Shown here piece after piece: positions 58,563 through 64,000 of a stretch of 64,000 bases of DNA. The stretch lies in contig JAVHLL010000011.1 of NCBI GenBank assembly GCA_031082155.1, positions 13,064 through 77,063 on the forward strand, given 5' to 3'. A program made the translations under genes and the position numbers. The stretch's first letter is position 1. Every line of letters begins with the position of its first letter. This stretch comes from Thermodesulfovibrionales bacterium (lineage in GTDB: Bacteria > Nitrospirota > Thermodesulfovibrionia > Thermodesulfovibrionales > SM23-35). The notes beneath the pieces were generated by a model. It was given only the letters and a program-made list of their open reading frames with translations, was not told the origin of the DNA and searched no databases.

Positions 58563-59037
58563 TGACCCGGATATTGGAACAGACATCATTATTAAACACC
58601 CAAAACGGCGATATGTTTTTTCATAACCCATCCTCCTTTTTTATTTTTCTTGCATTCTGCTTAAGAAATTATAGTTCATAACAAGACAAGGACTCATCCT
58701 GGAGGTGAGAGGGGGAAATGAGCCTTTAATAACCAACCCATAAAGATATCAAAACGGGATAAAAAATAGCTTTGTGTGATTAGACGGAGCAATATAGCGC
58801 ATTACACAATTTCATACTTTATGACACGTTGGATAAAAAACGAAACGGCAAAAGATGTAGTAAACTTGTCTGACTCTTATTAAACTATGGTGCCATTAAG
58901 ATAAATGACATGTGTCTTTTGGGGCGAAAGAAACATAACATTTCAGAGAGTCATACAAGGCAAACATACTTCCTGTACAACGCAGTTTTCCCTTGTGATC
59001 TAATTCTGTTTAGTACAATCGGAATAAAATGATATAA

Positions 59038-59520
59038 CTAAATTTTCGTTTTAAAGTTCTGCATTTCAAATGTGCCGTAGAAGTTTTCAACTTGATATCC
59101 GGCCTTTATCCATGCATAGATTCCATCTTTAAGACTGTAAATATTTTTGTATCCATATCCATTTATAATATCTGTTACCACTGCACTTCGTTTACCATGT
59201 GAACAGTAAACAACAACTGTAGCTTCAAGGTCAGGAACCTTAGAGGGGAAGTAAAATTCAACCACACCACGTGGAATTTCAATGTTATTTTCTGCAGCAA
59301 TCTTGATGGCATTTATTTCATCCGGTTCTCTGACATCGAGAAGAATAAATTTCTTTTTGCTATCGATCCATGATTTTAAAGTGGCAACATCTATCGATTT
59401 GATTTTTGCCTGAACACTGGCAAATTTTTGTTTGTTTATTTCATCTGGAGATTCACTACTTAAAACTAAAGCTGGCATGAGGAAAAATATCAAAAACAGT
59501 ACGATAATTTTTCTAAGCAT
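59038..59520 (-). CDS. Secreted single-domain rhodanese (sulfurtransferase)
   Basis: Signal peptide, LLDVREPDE, and active-site loop VVYCSHGKRS. The gene is AT-rich. Confidence 0.8.
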   Translation of the reverse strand: MLRKIIVLFLIFFLMPALVLSSESPDEINKQKFASVQAKIKSIDVATLKSWIDSKKKFILLDVREPDEINAIKIAAENNIEIPRGVVEFYFPSKVPDLEATVVVYCSHGKRSAVVTDIINGYGYKNIYSLKDGIYAWIKAGYQVENFYGTFEMQNFKTKI

Positions 59521-59712
59521 AATTTTCTCCTTTTGTAGAATTGTAATATTATTCTAAATAACAATCAGATGTGTTGGGGTCAGGCTTTCGGTTATGCATT
59601 TAAGTCGTTTTAATTAAAGAATGCATCGAAGCTCAGTTTCGGGCTTACTGTTCTCCTTATTCAACAAAACAATCCTTAAACAGCTTACTCTGCAGGTTGA
59701 GGGTGTACGAAA

Positions 59713-60993
59713 TTACTGATACACCATGGAGCCAATCTTAGCAGTGAGGTCTCCCAGCATATTGGTGTAACTCCCGAGTTCGTTGTCGTACCACCCGTAG
59801 ATGACCGCCTGAGTGATGGGTATCTCGATACTCGGAGGGAGTTTCCTGAGCACCTCAGGAGGCAACTGCGAAAATTTCGAAAGCTCTATTGTTGCAAAGG
59901 CAGTCCGTATATGCGTTTCATGCCCCTCAATGATAGTCGCTGGTCCGTAGTGGCCGACGATGTCAGAGGAAACATTCTGCTCGTCGGTATATTTTATGTA
60001 GCCCCGCTTCTCCTTCTGCTCGGCGTCGCGGTAAATTTTATTTACCAGTTCCCTGTCTATGACAGGGGGCTTGTTTGCTTCTTCTGAAAAAGTCACTACA
60101 AGAATAATGAGAGAACCGGAGGAGGTAGGGACGCGCACGGATTCAGCAATAAACCCGATCTTTTTCATTTCCGGAATGACGAGTTCGAGGGTCTTGGCCG
60201 CCCCGGTTGTTGTAAGGATAATATTGTTCATGATGCTCCGGTTCTTCCGCAGATCGGTGACGCCGGACTTGGGAAGCCTGTCGAGGACCTGCTGGGTGCC
60301 TGTTGACGCATGTACCGTGGCCATGGATGCACTGAGTATCTTCTGTTGACCAAAGTAATCGAGGAGAGGCTTGATCATATACGCGAGACAGGTGGTTGTG
60401 CACGATGCCGCAGAGATAATACGGTGTTGGCTGTTGTCATACGTGTCATCGTTTATGCCGATAACGATAGTCGCTGCGTCATCCGGCATAGGCCGGCCTT
60501 TTTCCTTGATCTTGAATGGAGCGGATACGATTACCCGTTCGGCCCCTGCTTCGAGATGTCCTCGTGCCGCGCCTTCTTTTGCATCCGGCAGCGCAGCAGG
60601 GTCCTTAAATTGGCCGGTTGCTTCAACCACGACTTTCGCTCCATAACGATTCCAGGGAATTGTCAGGGGGTTCCGGGATTCACGGAGGATGGTCACCGGG
60701 ATTCCGTCTATAGTCATGGTTCCCTTTTCTTCATTGACATTTTCGATAACCCGGCCTGCTTTATATCCATAAAGGAACTGATGGAGTGAACCATAGGAGG
60801 AATCTTTTTCAATATAGAGGGCGATGTCCTGAAGGCTTGTGCCCGCTTTTCTGCCGATGTTCACGACAATCTCTGAAAAATATTTCCTGCTGATATGATT
60901 CCAGAGCGATAATTTTCCGATCCTGCCCATACCATTGATTCCCAGAACGGCTCTTTTCGCGGAGATCATGTCGACCTTTCTCCCTTTCGTCAT
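59713..60993 (-). CDS. Glyceraldehyde-3-phosphate-dehydrogenase-like protein, unusually long (426 aa)
   Basis: GINGMGRIGK NAD fold, catalytic SAASCTTTCL, ATVHASTGTQ, TTTGAAKTL and VRVPTSSGS, all GAPDH landmarks. Extra segments make it about 90 aa longer than canonical enzymes. Confidence 0.82.
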   Translation of the reverse strand: MTKGRKVDMISAKRAVLGINGMGRIGKLSLWNHISRKYFSEIVVNIGRKAGTSLQDIALYIEKDSSYGSLHQFLYGYKAGRVIENVNEEKGTMTIDGIPVTILRESRNPLTIPWNRYGAKVVVEATGQFKDPAALPDAKEGAARGHLEAGAERVIVSAPFKIKEKGRPMPDDAATIVIGINDDTYDNSQHRIISAASCTTTCLAYMIKPLLDYFGQQKILSASMATVHASTGTQQVLDRLPKSGVTDLRKNRSIMNNIILTTTGAAKTLELVIPEMKKIGFIAESVRVPTSSGSLIILVVTFSEEANKPPVIDRELVNKIYRDAEQKEKRGYIKYTDEQNVSSDIVGHYGPATIIEGHETHIRTAFATIELSKFSQLPPEVLRKLPPSIEIPITQAVIYGWYDNELGSYTNMLGDLTAKIGSMVYQ

Positions 60994-61087
60994 GGTGTTA
61001 TCCTCTCTCGTTGGATGGTTTATTCGATCAGCTCACTCTCTCGGTTGAGCTCCTTTACAGCATTGTATAATAATCCTAAGGAAAGGT

Positions 61088-64000
61088 CTATCCCTTAGTC
61101 CCTGTTCCTGACTTGATTTCCCTTGCCTGATGTTTCCCGGAATATACAGAACCGTTTCTCCCGTCTATACTGAGAAAATCACCTACCGTGATTATTGTAT
61201 TGTTGATCCTGCATTTCTTCTCCTGTTCCCATACGGTCAGATGATTGCACCCGACAATACAGGTCTTCCCCAAACGGTTTGCGATAATCGACGCATGGGA
61301 TGTCGATCCGCCACGGGCTGTAAGAAGACCGTCTGCTGCAGAAATATGTCTGATATCGTCCGGCACAGTATCAGAACGTATGAGAATTAACGGAGTTCCC
61401 GGGTCTTTTCCCCTAAGTTCATGGATTTCATCAAGATCGAAGACAACCCTGCCGCTTAACGCACCGCCCCCGACACCGATTCCTCTCGATAGGTAGCTCG
61501 ATGAAAGTTTTCTGGAAGGGACAAAGGCGATGAAGCTCTCTTTTCGCGTAATCGCCATGTCCCGTGTCTGCAGAATGTAGAGCTTGTCTCCGCTCGTTCC
61601 CTCGAAGGTGAATTCAATCTCCTGGGCACCCCATCGCTTATCGTAAATAAGTTGTTTGCTTATTTTCAGCAAGGAGGCATAGATTTCGGGAAAGTTGTCT
61701 TCGAAGGAAATCTCTGATGTCCTGTCTTCTACCGGTTTTTGGGCATTTGATATCGGGAGTGTCCGCACAAGCCCGGAGACTATATCCTCACCCTGGGACC
61801 CGATAGCAAAATCACCCCAGAGCATTACCCGGTCTCCCGCTTCGAGAGGATTCCGGGTAAAAAGAACCCCGGTCCCTGCATTTGTGTCGAGGTTGCCATA
61901 CGCCATGGTTTGTACAATGACAGCTGTCCCCCAGTTTTCGGACATCCCCATGATTTCACGGTATGCTTGTGCTTTTTTTGAGAACCACGACTGAAACACC
62001 TGTTCAATTGATATTCTGAGCTGCACTTGCGGATTGTCACTCACCTCTATCCCGTGATCGATGATTGTCTGGCGGTATGCGAGCGCCAACTCTCTCATCT
62101 GGTCTGGTGAAAACTGGATCTTCTTCACGACGTTGTATTTCCCTTTATAGGAATCCATGAGTTCATCGAAATTATCACGCTCCATCCCGAATGACATCCC
62201 CCAACCCTGAAGGAAACGGCGGTAACAGTCCCATACAAACCAGGGTTTCGCAGTCCTTCTGATCAGTTCCTGTGCTACAGATTCATTCATACCGACGTTG
62301 AGGAACGATATCATCATCCCCGGCATCGATATTGCTCCTCCACTCCTTACTGAAACGAGCAGGGGATTTTCCGGGTTGCCGAATTCCCTGCCGGTCAGGT
62401 TTTCAAGGGTTTTCATCTGTTCCCTGATCCCTTCTTCGAGATGTTCCCTTGCCTGCCTGAACCGGTTAATTGCCTTTTCACAGCGGAATACCTCTGTGGT
62501 AATGATAAAGCCGGGAGGGACAGGAATCCCCAGCGAGGCGAGCTTGATCAGGTTATGTCCTTTATTTCCCAGATGTATTCTGTCGGTGGTGACTTTATTC
62601 GGGAAGTGAATGCTTGAAAGCGCTTTTTTCGGATCATAACTCATGAGAAGGTCGAGATTCTGGACATCAAGCCCCTCAGCCTGCTCAAAAAGGGTTTTCA
62701 ATATTCTGCTGATGAAAGTATCGAGTTGCTGAAGCCCGAATGAGCCGGCAACGATTTCCCTGAGGAACTGTTCGGATATTGTATTGATGAATTCTGATTC
62801 GCTCTGTTTTCCTCCGTGCGGGAGATACTTCGCGAGTATATTGTCATGGCCCATCAGGAGGATTATCTGTTTAAGATTATTTTTATATGAGTTGCTGTAA
62901 TAGGTAGTGAGGATATCCTGGACTGCTTCTGAGAACCCCCTGAAGATGTCGATATACTGGGAAAAGGAAAACCTTCTTACTTCAAGGGAAACAGACAGTA
63001 GTTCGAGTGTTTGTTCAAATCTGTTGGAAGATATGCCGTCGAGTTTTAATGCATTGAAGAAAAGAGCGGCATATTTCTCTATCTGGAAGAGCGTTGCCCG
63101 CGTGATAAAGGTAAGGTTAATAGAATTCAGAAGTTCCTCGAAAAGGATATTTGCGAGGTTCTCAAGACGGAAGGTCAGGGCGAGTGCATCGAATTTTCTC
63201 TCATGGTATTTACCGTACATCGAAGGTATGCCTGCCGCAATATGCCTCTTCCGGAAGATGTTTTCCACGGCTTCATATCGTTCGGTTGAGAGGATAATCT
63301 GCCTCAGGCTTTCCAGGTATACGAGCACTCCTTCGAGACGTTCGGAAATGGTACCTTGCTCCAGTGTGGCAATCAGGGAATCAGTATTCGGAAACCCCAG
63401 ACTCCGGGCGTATTGGAGCTGATCCCTGATATCCTGAGGGGCCAGTTTGTATTTCCTGTTCAGGAGCTGGTAGAAACGGATTGCCAGGTATGCGCGTCTC
63501 TTCTCCCGTTCAGAGATTCCGGTAAAGTTTTCCGTGAAAAGAAGGAGTTCTTCGTCCGTTAGATACAGGAGTTCTTCAACCTTGGAAATTTTTCTCTTCG
63601 AAAATATAGTTTGAAAGATGGTATGCAATTCATCAATAAAATGCCCTGAACCCTCTATTCGCTGATACAGATCATAAGGCAAGAATTTCTGTAAGGGTGC
63701 CTTGTCTCTTGTCAGCCAGAATCGTATTACTTCCTCGATGAAATCCACGACCTGAGCGCTGCTCTCAACATGGCTCTGTTTTCGAAGAAAGTGTACAAGC
63801 GGGTCAGCCCTGTATGTAGATTCATCAAGTTCTGTAGAGACTTCACGGAGGGCGCCCTCGGCGCCTATATCGCTGAAATAGACCGGAAAGAGTTTTGCCG
63901 CCTGCTTGATGAGGTGATAGACGGGTTTGATGTCGCAGTTCAGGAGTTTCGTGATGTCCTTCTGGAAGATATCCGTATCGCTGATATGCACTCCTCCGAG
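61088..64000 (-). CDS. PPDK-like PEP-utilising enzyme: unknown ~470-aa N-domain + ATP-grasp (PPDK_N) + swivelling His domain; no PEP/pyruvate TIM-barrel domain; N-terminus may extend past the window
   Basis: GNKGHNLIKLASLGIPVPPGFIITTEVF, LVSVRSGGAISMPGMMISFLNVGMN and GVLFTRNP (PPDK nucleotide-binding domain), then GLLTARGGSTSHASIIANRLGKTCIVGC (phospho-His domain), then a stop. The frame is still open at 64000 upstream of GTG 63991. Confidence 0.85.
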   Translation of the reverse strand, partial: LGGVHISDTDIFQKDITKLLNCDIKPVYHLIKQAAKLFPVYFSDIGAEGALREVSTELDESTYRADPLVHFLRKQSHVESSAQVVDFIEEVIRFWLTRDKAPLQKFLPYDLYQRIEGSGHFIDELHTIFQTIFSKRKISKVEELLYLTDEELLLFTENFTGISEREKRRAYLAIRFYQLLNRKYKLAPQDIRDQLQYARSLGFPNTDSLIATLEQGTISERLEGVLVYLESLRQIILSTERYEAVENIFRKRHIAAGIPSMYGKYHERKFDALALTFRLENLANILFEELLNSINLTFITRATLFQIEKYAALFFNALKLDGISSNRFEQTLELLSVSLEVRRFSFSQYIDIFRGFSEAVQDILTTYYSNSYKNNLKQIILLMGHDNILAKYLPHGGKQSESEFINTISEQFLREIVAGSFGLQQLDTFISRILKTLFEQAEGLDVQNLDLLMSYDPKKALSSIHFPNKVTTDRIHLGNKGHNLIKLASLGIPVPPGFIITTEVFRCEKAINRFRQAREHLEEGIREQMKTLENLTGREFGNPENPLLVSVRSGGAISMPGMMISFLNVGMNESVAQELIRRTAKPWFVWDCYRRFLQGWGMSFGMERDNFDELMDSYKGKYNVVKKIQFSPDQMRELALAYRQTIIDHGIEVSDNPQVQLRISIEQVFQSWFSKKAQAYREIMGMSENWGTAVIVQTMAYGNLDTNAGTGVLFTRNPLEAGDRVMLWGDFAIGSQGEDIVSGLVRTLPISNAQKPVEDRTSEISFEDNFPEIYASLLKISKQLIYDKRWGAQEIEFTFEGTSGDKLYILQTRDMAITRKESFIAFVPSRKLSSSYLSRGIGVGGGALSGRVVFDLDEIHELRGKDPGTPLILIRSDTVPDDIRHISAADGLLTARGGSTSHASIIANRLGKTCIVGCNHLTVWEQEKKCRINNTIITVGDFLSIDGRNGSVYSGKHQAREIKSGTGTKG

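Overview
This is a dense 64-kb chromosomal segment with about 55 protein genes and roughly mid-40s % GC by eye. LptD, a TolC-family protein, beta-barrel outer-membrane proteins (OMPs) and PBP1A mark the host as a diderm bacterium. The split transketolase, an AhbD/NirJ-like radical SAM gene next to hemE-hemH, an RRM-type RNA-binding protein and many TPR proteins suggest an anaerobic Nitrospirota/Desulfobacterota-like lineage, but that lineage is inference only. Most of the window is housekeeping: hemH/hemE, hflX, atpB-atpE, mrcA, dnaE-accA, uvrC, ftsEX-envC-ctpA, tkt, lptD-folC-accD, trpBA. No rRNA gene, convincing tRNA, CRISPR array, transposase, integrase or reverse transcriptase was seen. 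The stretches that housekeeping does not explain are listed here.

1. A low-GC islet (27.9-30.3 kb) carries a solo DUF262/ParB-like NTPase gene under a consensus promoter. It is flanked by about 520 nt of GC-normal sequence with no convincing ORF.
2. A zero-spacer three-gene envelope operon (40.6-44.8 kb) encodes a TPR+beta-barrel OMP, a FecR-domain protein and a large Ig/FN3/CARDB lipoprotein. Its architecture resembles Slam-type surface-lipoprotein export.
3. An orphan promoter-to-terminator small-RNA unit (51.43-51.56 kb) has a second copy of its 25-nt 5' motif 173 nt downstream.
4. A 31-bp inverted repeat lies between the two permease genes of a MacAB-TolC-like operon. Its single mismatch is a G-U pair only in the mRNA sense.
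5. A PPDK-like enzyme lacks the PEP/pyruvate TIM-barrel domain, carries a roughly 470-aa unknown N-terminal domain, and is paired with an unusually long GAPDH-like gene (59.7-64 kb).
6. The N-terminal domain of hflX is in frame but has no canonical start codon. A Shine-Dalgarno (SD) sequence is positioned in front of an ATA.

All functional calls rest on my reading of the translated ORFs and motifs. No database search was possible.
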